Shown here piece by piece: positions 14,168 to 27,016 of a stretch of 64,000 bases of DNA. How positions within the stretch are numbered: the stretch's first letter is position 1; each line of letters begins with the position of its first letter. The translations under genes and the position numbers were made by a program. The stretch spans positions 20,956,001-21,020,000 of the forward strand of contig NC_043023.1 in assembly GCF_006345805.1 (NCBI RefSeq), in the 5' to 3' direction. Source of the DNA: Octopus sinensis (Eukaryota). The notes under the pieces are model-generated. The model saw only the letters and a list, made by a program, of their open reading frames with translations, made no database searches and was not told where the DNA came from.

Positions 14168-15090
14168 GAAGCACTCCGTCGGTTACGACGACGAGTGTTC
14201 CGGTTGATTCGAATCAACGGAACAGCCTGCTCGTGAAATTAACGTGGAAGTGGCTGAGCACTCCACAGACACGTGCACCCTTAACGTAGTTCTCGGGGAT
14301 ATTCAGCGTGACACAGAGAGTGACAAGGCCGGCCACTTGAAATACAGGTACAACAGAAATAGGAAGTAAGAGTGAGAGAAAGTTGTGGTGAAAGAGTACA
14401 GCAGGGATCACCACCATCCCCTGCCGGAGCCTCGTGGAGCTTTTAGGTGTTTTCGCTCAATAAACACTCACAACGCCCGGCCTGGGAATCGAAACCGCGA
14501 TCCTACGACAGCGAGTCCGCTGCCCTAACCACTGCGCCATTGCGCCTCCATATATATGTATGTATGTATGTATGTATAAATATATGCAAAAATAATCCTG
14601 GGTAAAATGTTTAGAAACATTTTTATATCGGTATCGAGCATGCGTAATAAAGTCAATAGACGACATGTATGGAAATATAGATATATATATTGGAGCAGGA
14701 GTGGCTGTGTGGTAAGTAGCTTGCTTACCGAGCACATGGTTCCGGGTTCAGTCCCACTGCGTGGCACCTTCGGCAGGTGTCTTCTACTATAGGCCTCGGG
14801 CCGACCAAAGCCTTGTGAGTGGATTTGGTAGACGGAAACTGAAAGAAGCCCGTCGTATATACATGTGTATAATTTGTGTGTATGTGTGTGTGTGTGTGTC
14901 TATGTTTGTCGTTTCAACATCACTTGACAACCGCTGTTGGTGTGCTTACGTCCCCGTAATCTAGCGGTTCGGCTAAAGAAACCAACGAAATAAGTACTAG
15001 GCTTACAAACAGTAAGTCCTGGGGTCGATTTGTTCGATTAAAGGCGATGTTCCAGTATGGCCGCGGTCAAAAGCCCCAAACAAGTAAAAG
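13698..15090. mobile_element. SINE cluster: A (+, 13698-14097), C (-, 14165-14549), A (+, 14693-15090)
   Basis: Sequence match to the families above. Confidence 0.85.
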
Positions 15091-15418
15091 AATACACACA
15101 CACACATACGTACATATATATGTATATATATATATCGTGACGTATTTTTGTCATTTCAATATGGCTAACCCCTAAGGGTGGATGCTACTGTAGTTTTTAG
15201 CCCCAGGAAGACACACTCCTCCAGCTGGCCATAGACACACTTTCTGAGTCCTGTCAGTATTTGCAAAGGAAAGTCATCCTTCCCGTCTTCAACTTATGAT
15301 ACACACGGACTCGAGTTTCGAGGTATTGGCCTCTCGTCAGCGTGTGACAATCATAGTTGTCGCCGAGAATTAGATTTCCTTCACAAATACTTATACTTTT
15401 TCCAGCGCCCACTATACA

Positions 15419-15480
<62 letters not shown>

Positions 15481-15498
15481 AATATATAGATAGATGAT

Positions 15499-15543
<45 letters not shown>

Positions 15544-15922
15544 AACTTACTTGGATATGAATGCGTGGCGTTCAATGAAATAATAATATAAATAATATAT
15601 ATATATATATATATATATATGCATAAATGAGGGTGAAAAATTAGATATTAATTTAATAATAGCATCAGTTTAACACCAAGTGGCCTAGCACATAAAAAAC
15701 CAGGGAGACAATACAAATTTATACGTAAATATAAGAGAGCTACCGTTAAGTGGTTAACTCTAGTGCTAGAAATAGCTCCTTATTCTGGTACAGCCACCGA
15801 AGTAGTTTCCACAAAAGAAACAACATTACCTTCAACGTATGGAAAGCGAAATACAACGAAAAGATAAATTAATGCTGAACAATTGTTTCTTTATCAACAT
15901 AATATGCAATTATACTCACATA

Positions 15923-16311
15923 TCTCTCTATATATAAACGGCAGTTTGTCTGTCTGCGTGTCTGTGTGTCTGTTAGGTTGTACCCTCACCCTGACCACTA
16001 CTTTCAACCGATTCTGATGAAACTTGACACACACAGAGCCCAATGTCATAATTCAAAACTAACGCAGCGAAAATTTTGAAAAGTTTCCTCAGTTCTGAAA
16101 AAAATCGATAAATTCGACATGGGGTCGAGAATCAGAAACACAAACCACAGACTGTCTAGGGGACGCAACTCAACCTTTTTAACTCTCAACACCATAATTT
16201 ACCATAATTTTTTTCTCCATTTTTTTGCTATTTTTTGGCTATAACTCTCTAAAAATGCTTTATAGTTATTTCCCTTACAAACCCGAGCAACGCCGGGTTT
16301 GTATGTCCTAG
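15923..16311 (+). mobile_element. Non-autonomous Helitron
   Basis: Starts TC after an A, ends with hairpin acccgagcaacgccgggt then CTAG (16308-16311) followed by T. Related copy at 55286-55813 (-). Confidence 0.8.
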
Positions 16312-16961
16312 TTTATCTATAAATCATCAGCAGCATTTGTTTTCGATACAACATACGTATATATCTAAATATGCATAAACAAACATGAAATACGAGAATA
16401 ACTTTGGGTGCGCAAAAAACGAGAGAAACAAATGGAAAACAAAATAAGTAACATAAAAAACCACCCTTCATCAGTTGTTGGTTGTCCTTCTACTCCTTAT
16501 TTCGAGCATTCAAGCAACACGATAAGACTTTGAAGGCAGTTGCTCCCGCAAACCGAAATATAAAAAAATTGGGACTTGCGGAGGGTCAAAGTTGGTAACA
16601 AAAACGGGACATACAACAAACGAAACAAAACGAAACGCATACATACAAGGAGGGTCGTTAGGCACAGGTGAAGTAAAGATGGCGAACGATTGAAGAAGAT
16701 TCTTTGATAAGAGGAAAGAGGGGAGACAGGTACAAATGGGTCGAAATGCGCAAGAGATTGAGGGAAAAGAAAGAAGATCGTGTGAGGAAAGGAAGGATGG
16801 ATGATGGTGAGCAGCGAGAGAGAGTAAATCTCTCGGTTTTTTCGTACCCAACGTCAATTTCGTATTTAATGTTTGTTTACATTTTTGTGACGTCCTGTAT
16901 CGATATGTGCTTATCTATATACGTATGTATATACGTATGTGTGTCTATATATGCATATATA

Positions 16962-16996
<35 letters not shown>

Positions 16997-17408
16997 TCTT
17001 TTACTCTTTTACTGGTTTCAGTCATTTGAGTGCGGCCATGCTGGAGCACTGCCTTTAATCAAGCAACTTGACCCCGGGACTTATTCTTTTGTAAGCCCGG
17101 TACTTATTCTATCGGTCTCTTTTTGCCGAACCGCTAAGTGACGGGGACATAAACACACCAGCATCGGTTGATAAGCAATGCTCGAGGGACAAAGACAGAC
17201 ACACAAACACACACACACACACGCATATATATATATATACATACATATACACGACGGGCTTCTTTCGGTTTCCGTTTACCAAATCCACTCACAAGGCATT
17301 GGTTGGCCCGAGGCTATAGTAGAAGACACTTGCCCAAGGTGCCACGCAGTGGGACTGAACCCGGAACCATGTGGTTGGTAAGCAAGCTACTTACCACACA
17401 GCCACTCC
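16997..17408 (-). mobile_element. SINE family A
   Basis: Reverse complement of the family consensus. Confidence 0.88.
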
Positions 17409-17530
17409 TATATATATATAATGTATAAAATTTATATTATTATTTGATTAAACACCACGCATCCATTTCCAAGTAAGTTTTTACTTAATATAATCGATGT
17501 GATTCTATCCTTTACTGTTTCCTCTCTTCC

Positions 17531-17574
<44 letters not shown>

Positions 17575-17982
17575 CTCTCTTTCATTTCTTTTTTCTCCTC
17601 ATCACCGCTTTCTATCTGTCTGCGCCTCTCTCTCTCTCTCTTCCTCCTTTACTCTCTCTCTCTCTCGTTGCTCACACGTGACTAGATATTCATTCCATGT
17701 GCTGTTCATTCAAAAGGATCTTGTAGTGTGGATGAAATTTTGAGAATATACTGGTAGAGGGAAGTAGATAGAGAGAAGAGAATCGATAAGAATGTAAGAA
17801 GGAAGGAAAATGGCATTGGTCTAAAGGATTAGGGGAAAAAAGGAAAGGGAAGGAGAAAAGGGAAAACGAGGTGCTAGATTATTTACATTATTTACATTAT
17901 TTACATTTGACGGACATTTGCCCTCATCTTGTTTGTTGTTAACAGCGTTTCAGCTGATACACCCTCCAGCTTTCACCATATG

Positions 17983-18219
17983 GCGTAGTGGTTAAGAGCG
18001 CTGGGTACTAATCCGAAGATCCCGAGTTCAATTCCAGGCAGTAACCTGAATAATAATAATAATAATATAATAATAATAATAAAATGATAATGATAATAAT
18101 AATAATATAATAATTAATAATAATAATAATGATAATAATAATATAATAATAAAAATAATAATGATATATATTTGATAATAATAATATAATAATAATAATA
18201 ATGATAATAATATGATAAT

Positions 18220-18294
<75 letters not shown>

Positions 18295-18357
18295 TAATAT
18301 AATAATAATGACGATAATAATAATGATAAAATAATATAATAATAATAATGATAATGA

Positions 18358-18388
<31 letters not shown>

Positions 18389-18440
18389 TAATAATAATAT
18401 GATATAATAATAATGATAATAATATAATGATAATAATCTA
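17983..18440 (+). mobile_element. Short tRNA-derived SINE head followed by degenerate (AAT)n
   Basis: A-box TGGCGTAGTGG, B-box GAGTTCAATTCC; no clean cloverleaf. Confidence 0.6.
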
Positions 18441-18767
18441 TAGACCACCTAATAATGTATTAGGTGGTATATAGATTGAAACTATAGAGCACCTAATCTC
18501 AGGGTGTATATTAATATTATATTATATATAATATATATACTATATATTATATATATATTATGTGAAATAGAAAGATGAATAATCTTGTAGTAGATTAATC
18601 AAAAGTTTAACCGATACCTTAGTAGCAAAAATCACAGCATGAACAGCACGGTTGGAGTACAACCATCTGGCGTTGCAACCGTGCGTTGGTGCGGATAATT
18701 GAAATTAAAACATTATTGGTGAATTGAAGAAATGGAGCTGAACGCAGATTGAACAGAAATCGTTTTA

Positions 18768-18858
18768 TTTCATTCTACACGTGTTTCGAAAGGCACAAAT
18801 TACCAAAATCCGATTGAATAATGGGACCATATTGTGTCTTTCTCTTCAGGAAGAAAAA
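18768..18858 (-). ncRNA. Type I hammerhead ribozyme, intact core
   Basis: tttcttc-CTGAAGA-gaaagacacaa...ttgtgcctttc-GAAA-cacgtgTA/gaatgaaa. Helix II pairs 10/11 with G10.1-C11.1; helix III is the palindrome ACACGTGT; GUA cleavage predicted between 18776 and 18775. Confidence 0.8.
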
Positions 18859-19634
18859 AGGAAATCCGTTGGAAAAACAAAAACAGAACAGAGGCAGAGC
18901 AAAAAACAAATCGAACTGTGCTCCTAAGAGCCCATGGCGAAACTGTTTATCAGTGTATGTTGAGAACCGGTGGCTGAAAATTCAACAGGTCATGCATCGG
19001 TCAAACATGTGGGTGAGGGTGTATAGATGTTCTTTGTGACCGAGAATAAAGTTCTGACTATTTAAAGAATATTGGATGTTTTAAAGGGGCGAGAAAAAAT
19101 CTACTTAGAGACGTGTGTGTGTGTATACTGTTCTATATATGTGTGTTGGCGTAGGGGTAGAAAACATTTTTTGTGTACGTGTGTGCGTTTTGATCGTTCG
19201 GCTGTCAGTGGCTACTGCCGTGATAACCGTTGGGTGGCAGAAAGAAAAAAATAAAGAAATTATATATATATTTTATGTTTTATGTGTGTGTGTGTGTGTT
19301 CAAACGCACACACGTACCAAAAAATGTTTTTCTACCCCTACGCCAACACACACATATATAGAACAGTATACACACCACACGTCTCTAAGTAGATTTTTTC
19401 TCGCCCCTTATAAAACATCCAATATTCTTTAAATAGTCAGAACTTTATTCTCGGTCACAAAGAACATCTATACACCCTCACCCACATGTTTGACCGATGC
19501 CTGACCTGTTGAATTCTTCAGCCACCGTTCTCAACATACACTGATAAACAGTTTCGCCATGGGCTCTTAGGAGCACAGTTCGATTTGTTTTTTGCTCTGC
19601 CTCTGTTCTGTTTTTGTTTTCCAACGGATTTCCT

Positions 19635-19724
19635 TTTTTCTTCCTGAGAGAAAGACACAATATGGTCCCATTATTCAATCGGATTTTGGTAATTTGTGCC
19701 TTTCGAAACACGTGTAGAATGAAA
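19635..19724 (+). ncRNA. Inverted copy of the hammerhead with a 1-nt core deletion (likely inactive)
   Basis: Core reads CTGAGAG instead of CTGAAGAG; the rest of the motif matches. Confidence 0.7.
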
Positions 19725-19780
19725 TAAAACGATTTCTGTTCAATCTGCGTTCAGCTCCATTTCTTCAATTCACCAATAAT

Positions 19781-19818
<38 letters not shown>

Positions 19819-20511
19819 GTTTAAATATTTGTTGTGCAAGATTTCTTATGTGAAGTCGTGTGTTGAAACAGATATTGTTATATTTCGGAATGGTCATATT
19901 GCCAGTTTAGCAAAATAACACCAAATATATAGTGCGTGTGTTTTTATTGGCTAAACTTGCAAAATGACCATTCCGAAATATAACAATATATATATATATA
20001 ATACACATACATAAAAAATACACAAACATGGACGTGCAAGCACATGAATATGCAGAATACATACAGATGAACACATATACATGCATATAGACATATGTAT
20101 ACACACACATCTATACATGCACATACATACATACATACATACATACATACATACATACATACATACATACATACATACATGCATGCATATATAGGCACAT
20201 ACGCACACTGACCCATACGCATGCGCACAAACAAACAAAAAGAAACGCAGTGTAAATAACGGACAGAGTCAAGACTATTGAAAAGGTTGCAAGACACAAC
20301 GAAAATTTTAGGAAAATAAAAATAAGGAATAAATGGAAATTTTACGGGTGAGTGTGTTAAATAATAAGGCACAAAAAGAAAACGGCCCTCCCCAGACATA
20401 ACAGAATATGCATCTATGTATGTATGTGTATATATATATCTATATATATATATAGGGGGAAGCTTTATGAAAATAAACAAAAGACGAAGGCAGGTGGAAA
20501 ACAAACATATA

Positions 20512-20602
<91 letters not shown>

Positions 20603-20825
20603 GGCTGCCCCCTCATTATCGAATTTGGCCATTGCACGAAGCTTAATTGTTACTGGTGCTGTGATCGAATGTGACCTTTTAGCCCAGCTAAAGAACTACA
20701 ATGTCTTGTACAAAATTGGCAACTAAAACCTTTACCGGTAATAGCCGGCTGTGGTTGTAACTGGGCTTCATGTACCTTTGCATGTCGTTTAAGCCCTCCT
20801 GCCGAATTACACTCTCTTCCTAATG

Positions 20826-21095
20826 CCCGATCGCGCGGTTAAACCATTGGGAGTGAATGACTCCTAGCCTTTGTTAGGGCATCCTTCTTGGAGAAGGCAA
20901 CTCAGGTAACTGGGATAACTCCGACATAAAACCTATGGCCCAGTGGTTACTGATGATGTTGACTTGTTCTTCTTTTCGGATTATGGCTGCTGTTGCTTAG
21001 TGAGTGGGATTGACTCAGTGCACAGCCTTTCCTCACTTTAAAAAAAATCTTCTTGCACAGGCATTGCACGATAACAACATTGATTGATTGATTGA

Positions 21096-21098
<3 letters not shown>
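20826..21098 (+). mobile_element. Non-coding element E (RTE 5'-UTR-like) ending in (ATTG)n
   Basis: Same sequence at 27017-27300 upstream of the RTE ORF, and at 57455-57770 (-). Confidence 0.7.
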
Positions 21099-21154
<56 letters not shown>

Positions 21155-21684
21155 TGTATATACATATATATAAATAAACACACACAAAAATATATTCGTC
21201 GCTTTGAGACCGCCATCTGATCACTGCACGGAATTCTATCAGTGAACAGGTCGCGGTCTCAAAGAGGCGAAAATATTTTGGCAAATTAAATTTAAATGTT
21301 GAAGTGAATCTAACGGTTTTTGTGTGTTTTTAAATAGCTTATAAACACCTTCCACGCTGCAATTGTTTTCGTTTCAGCCCACGATCTCAGATCAGGCGTT
21401 TTGGTATTCGTAACTTTTGGTAAATAGGGAATTCACTTTCCGACACATCAGAAACGTTATCAAAAATTGAACTTTCTATTTTCCTTGCTTCTAGCTCAGT
21501 CGATAATTCAATACCCGACGAAGAGACACTTTTCGGCATCTTGCTGGCAATTAATGTTTTCCCTCACAGGCGAAAACTACAGATAACTTTCGAAAGAAAA
21601 CTATAATACAATTTTTTCAACAATAAGTCCAATAATAGGCACAAACACACTCCAATAATAAATTTTCGATACCAGATGTACGAA

Positions 21685-23048
21685 ATACCTATTTCTTTAC
21701 TACCCACAAGGGGCCAAACACAGAGAGGACAAACAAGGAGAGACAAAGGGATTAAGTTGATTATATCGATCCCAGTGCGTAAACTGGTACTTATTTAATC
21801 GACCCCGAAAGGATGAAAGGCAAAGTCGACCTCGGTGGAATTTGAACTCAGAACGTAACGGCAGACAAAATACCCATTTCTTTACTACCCACAAGGGGCC
21901 AAACACAGAGAGGACAAACACGGGCAGACAAAGGGATTAAGTCGATTATATCGACCCCAGTGCGTAAACGGGTACTTCTTTAATCGACCCCGAAAGGATG
22001 AAAGGCAAAGCCGACCTCGGAGGAATTTGAACTCAGAACGTAACGGCATACAAAATACCCATTTCTTTACTACCCACAAGGGGCCAAACACAGAGAGGAC
22101 AAACAAGGACAGACAAAGGGATTAAGTTGATTTTATCGATCCCAGTGCGTAAACTGGTACTTATTTAATCGACCCCGAAAGGATGAAAGGCGAAGCCGAC
22201 CTCGGAGGAATTTGAACTCAGAACGTAGCGGCAGACGAAATACCTATTTCTTTACTACCCACAAGGGGCCAAACACAGAGAGGACAAACAAGGACAGACA
22301 AAGTGATTAAGTTGATTATATCGATCCCAGTGCGTAAACTGGTACTTATTTAATCGAACCCGAAAGGATGAAAGGCAAACCCGACCTCGGCGGAATTTGA
22401 ACTCAGAACGAATAGACACGAAAAACTGCTAAGCATTTCACTCGGCGAGCTACCGTTTCTTATTTCTTTATTGCTCACAAGGGGCTAAACATAGAAGGGA
22501 CAAACAAGGACAGACAAAGTGATTAAGTCGATTATATCGACCCCAGTGCGTAACTGGTACATATTTAATCGACCCCGAAAGGCAAAGTCGACCTCGGCGG
22601 AATTTGAACTTAGAACGTAGCGGCAGACGAAATACCTATTTCTTTACTACCCAAAAGGGGTTAAAGATAGAAAGGACAAACAAGGGCAGACAGATGGATT
22701 AAGTCGATTACATCGACCCCAGTGCGTAACTGGTACTTAATTTATCGACCCGAAAGGATGAAAGGAAAAGTCGACCTCGGCGGAATTTGAACTCAGAACG
22801 TAACGGCAGACGAAATACCTATTTCTTTACTACTCACAAGGGGTTAAACATAGAAAGGACAAACAAAGGCAGACAGATGGAAAGTGGATTACATCGACCC
22901 CAGTGCGTAACTGGTACTTATTTAATCGACCCCGAAAGGATGAAAGACAAAGCCGACCTCGGCGGAATTTGAACTCAGAACGTAACGGCAGGAGAAATAC
23001 GGCTACGCATTTCGCCCGGCGTGCTAACGTTTCTGCCAGCTCGCCTCC
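21685..23048 (-). mobile_element. Two adjacent SINE-B tandem arrays (about 4 + 3 units)
   Basis: Seven copies of atttgaactcagaacg; heads at about 22400-22455 and 23000-23047. Confidence 0.88.
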
Positions 23049-23194
23049 TTAAATATATTGCTTATTGGCAAAAATGATAGACTGGGCGAAATATGGCGAT
23101 TTATTGTCACGTTGGAGGCTTAAGTGAAATATGTTTAAGCATATTGAAGGTGTAAGCGAACACATTTATTAACCTGTCAATAAGCGACCTACTT

Positions 23195-23960
23195 AGGCAG
23201 TGAGCTGGCAGAAACGGTAGTACTCCGGACGAAACACTTAGCGGTATTTCATCTGTCGTCATGTTCTGAGTTCAAATTCCGCCGAGGTCGACTTTGCCTT
23301 TCATCCTTTCGGGGTCGATAAATTAAGTACCAGATACGCACTGGGGTCGATGTAATCGACTTAATCCATTTGTCTGTCCTTGTTTGTCCCTTCTGTGTTT
23401 AGCTCCTTGTGGGTAGTAAAGAAATATGTATTTCATCTGTTTTTACGTTCTGAGTTCAAATTCCGCCGAGGTCGACTTTGCCTTTCATCCTTTCGGGGTC
23501 GATAAATTAAGTACCAGATACGCACTGGGGTCGATGTAATCGACTTAATCCATTTGTCTGTCCTTGTTTGTCCCTTCTGTGTTTAGCTCCTTGTGGGTAG
23601 TAAAGAAATATGTATTTCATCTGTTTTTACGTTCTGAGTTCAAATTCCGCCGAGGTCGACTTTGCCTTTCATCCTTTCGGGGTCGATAAATTAAGTACCA
23701 GATACGCACTGGGGTCGATGTAATCGACCTAATCCAGTTGTCTGTCCTTGTTTGTCCCCTCTATGTTTAGCCCCTGGTGGGTAGTAAAGAAATAGGTATT
23801 TCGTCTGCCACTACGTTCTGAGTTCAAATTCCGTCGAGGTCGACGTTGCCTTTCATCCTTTCGGGGTCGATAACTTAAGTCCCAGTTGCGTATTGGAGTC
23901 GATCTAATCAACTGGCCCCTCCCCCCAAATTGCAGGCTTTGTGCGTCGAGTAGAAAAGAA
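23195..23960 (+). mobile_element. SINE-B tandem array (4 units; last unit has an alternative tail)
   Basis: Four gagttcaaattcc units; final tail ...ggcccctccccccaaatt...agtagaaaagaat. Confidence 0.88.
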
Positions 23961-24238
23961 TAAGCAACATATTTTTGTTTGTTCACACGTTGACGGTTCA
24001 AAAATTACACATGGATTTATTTGGGAACGGGGGGCGGGGGGTCAGTGCGAATTAATTCGTCAAATCATGAAATGTCAATTTTGGTCAATGGCAGAAGGGC
24101 TCATTCCAATTCTTCTCAGTATCTTTAACCTTCACATCACCTGACAGCCGGTGTAGGTTTGTTTCCGTCTTCGCAAGTTAATAGTTTGGCAAAAGAGAAC
24201 GTTAGATTAGTCCTAATCTTGAACGAATAATCTACAAA

Positions 24239-24642
24239 GGCGCAGGAGTGGCTGTGTGGTAAGTAGCTTGCTCACCAACCACATGGTTCTGGGTTCAGTC
24301 CCACTGCGTGGCACCTTGGGCAAGTGTCTTCTGCTATAGCCCCACGCCGACCAATGCCTTGTGAGTGGATTTGGTAGACGGAAACTGAAAGAAGCCCGTC
24401 GTATATATAAATATATATATATGTGTGTGTATATGTTTGTGTGTCTGTGTTTGTCTCCCTAGCATTGCTTGACAACCGATGCTGGTGTGTTTACGTCCCC
24501 GTTACGTAGCGGTTCGGCAAAAAGAGACCGATAGAATAAGTACTGGGCTTACAAAAGAATAAGTCCCGTGGTCGATTTGCTCGACTGAAGGCGGTGCTCC
24601 AGCATGGCCGCAGTCAAATGACTGAAACAAGTAAAAGAGTAA
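24239..24642 (+). mobile_element. SINE family A
   Basis: Family consensus. Confidence 0.88.
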
Positions 24643-24944
24643 ATAGTGGAGTTCATTTGTTTGGCTTAAATCTTTCGACACGGAAAAAAGATAAACAATA
24701 ACAAGCAACACGTGATGCTTTATAAGACCAAACCGCAGAGAGGCATTAAGGCCACAGCTTCACCACTATTGATAAATTGTTCAAAGTCGAGCGGCAGCCA
24801 TCTCGGTGTGGCTGCATTACGGCCGGTTCCTATTTCTTTTTTTCAGCTTTGTCTGCGAGAGACACGATCAATCACATATATCTAGCAGCTCTCTAACTAA
24901 TGAGGTTCCAGCCATGACCAACACGTCTTTTATTCAGACAGAGT

Positions 24945-25680
24945 GAATTAGTAGCTATAGTTGTTGTTTAACCCCAGGTCAGTCATGATCCCGGCAGACC
25001 TATGATCAAATATGTTCCAGCTGTGACCATCCCATTTTTTATTCAGGCATAGTGTACCTAGGACTACATTATCTAATGTGTAGTATTAGTGGCTATAGTT
25101 GTTGTTTAGCCCCAGGTCAGTCCACATCCAGACAAACCTCTATGACCAAAGATGTTCCTGCTGTGACATCGCATCTATAATTCAGGCCTAGTGTATCTAG
25201 GACTACATTATCTAATGTATAGTACAGGAGTTAGTAGCTATAGTTGTTGCTTAGCCCTAGGTCAGTCCTGATCCAGACAGACCTATGACCAAAGATGTTC
25301 CAGATGTGACCATCCCATCTTTCATTCAGGCCGAGTGTATCTAGGACTACATTATCTAATGTATAGTACAGGAGTTAGTAGCTATAGTTGTTGCTTAGCC
25401 CTAGGTCAGTCCTGATCCAGACAGACCTATGACCAAATATGTTCCCGATGTGACCATCCCATCTTTTTATTCAGTTATAGTGTATCTAGGACTACATTAT
25501 CTAATGTATAGTACAGGAGTTAGTAGCTATAGTTGTTGCTTAGCCCTAGGTCAGTCCTGATCCAGACAGACCGATGATCAAAGATATTCCAGTTGTGACA
25601 ATCGAATCTTTTATTCAGGCCAAGTGTATCTAAGACTACATTATCTAATGTACAGTATAGGAGATAGTATTAGTAGCTAC
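24945..25680. repeat. Tandem array of about 5 x 143-bp units
   Basis: agctatagttg recurs at about 24953, 25091, 25237, 25380, 25525 and 25675. Confidence 0.9.
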
Positions 25681-25954
25681 AGTTGTTTAGTAGTAGGTCG
25701 CCATTTTGCCGCTATTAACTTGTTATACATTAATCTTTCATAAATATTTTCTGTCGTTAATTAGTTTGAAATGAAGTCATTAAATACTCATCAATTTGGG
25801 GTTTTGTATTATGTTGACAAAGTTAGTGTGAATTAGGTCAAAAGGTTTCATGTTGTTATTGCTGTTGGTGGCGGCGGCGGTTAGGCTGGTGCAAACTGTT
25901 CTTAATATGTCTATGCATTTGCCTCTATGTGTGGCTGTGCATGCATATATATAT

Positions 25955-26140
25955 ATATTAAATTAGAGATAAAACCACTATTAGGCAAATCGAACAGTGA
26001 AAAACATAAACCAAACAAAGTAAAATTAATTAATATAATGTACAAAATATATGAAATATAAAATTCAAAATTTAAATTAATTAAAGTTAAAATTTAAAAA
26101 AATTTAAAAATATTTTTTAATTATTAATTTATACTTATAA

Positions 26141-26202
<62 letters not shown>

Positions 26203-26870
26203 AGGTCCCGGGTTGAGTCGGGGTTAACCACAGTAAATAAGGTACTCAATACATAGCAGAGTAAATTAATTTATTTTATAGAAGGAGCTTCTACAGGACT
26301 AGAACTGTTTCATTCAAATGCTTCCTGGTGATTTCATTTGAATGAAACAGTTCTAGTCCTGTAGAAGCTCCTTCTATAAAATAAATTTTTAAAAAAAAAA
26401 TATATATATATATTATTATTATTTTTATATTATTATTATTTTAATTTTAATTTAATTTTATTTTTAATTTAATATTTTAATTTTTTTAATAATATATATA
26501 ACTATCAAAGAGTATTAAAAAGTTTAATATAAGATAAAAAGTAAAACCACTACGATCGTTTCATGCCCATAACCTAATTCGAATAACAATAATTTAAATT
26601 CAATTAATAATTCGAATTATGGTTATAGTCAATCTTCAGGTTAATGATAATATTTAAATAAATAATCAAATATATTTAAACAATATTTTTTTAAGAAATA
26701 TATAAAATAATAATTTTTCTTATAAAAAAAACTCTATTATCAAACTAGAAATTTAACGATTATGATTATGTCATACAATCGATTATAAATATTATAAACC
26801 CACAAATAATCTAATCTCAGTTATAGTCAATATGTAATTGTATATTTTTATAGCTTGCTCATTATATATA
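25955..26870 (-). mobile_element. pLTR-like element related to 8906-10045, interrupted by (TA)n and a 53-bp perfect hairpin
   Basis: Shared termini with 8906-10045; hairpin arms at 26268-26320 and 26335-26387. Confidence 0.6.
26545..26645 (-). ncRNA. Type I hammerhead-like motif
   Basis: CTGAAGA-t-tgactataacc...ggttatgggca-t-GAAA-cgatcgTA/gtgg. Palindromic helix III ACGATCGT; weak helix I. Confidence 0.6.
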
Positions 26871-27016
26871 TTTTTATATACTTTACATCGTATATTTTAT
26901 GTATATTTTGTATATATCAATATTTTTATATATCGTAAGTTTTTTTCCTTATATCTATCTTATCCAGCTTATGGCTGTATCATGCGCGGACAAACATAAA
27001 TAATCGGACTGAATAC

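Larger units (their letters stand above)
18708..19784. repeat. About 480-bp near-perfect inverted repeat (spacer about 19193-19299), Penelope pLTR-type
   Basis: Left arm aaacattattggtgaattg... is the reverse complement of ...caattcaccaataatgttt; colinear throughout with a few indels. Confidence 0.93.

Noticed and set aside
16470-16520. Type II hammerhead (GAAA...CTGATGA on the minus strand)
   Set aside because: Helices I and III could not be paired convincingly.
17983-18050. Functional tRNA gene
   Set aside because: A and B boxes are present, but acceptor and anticodon stems do not pair well and it runs into (AAT)n, consistent with a SINE head.
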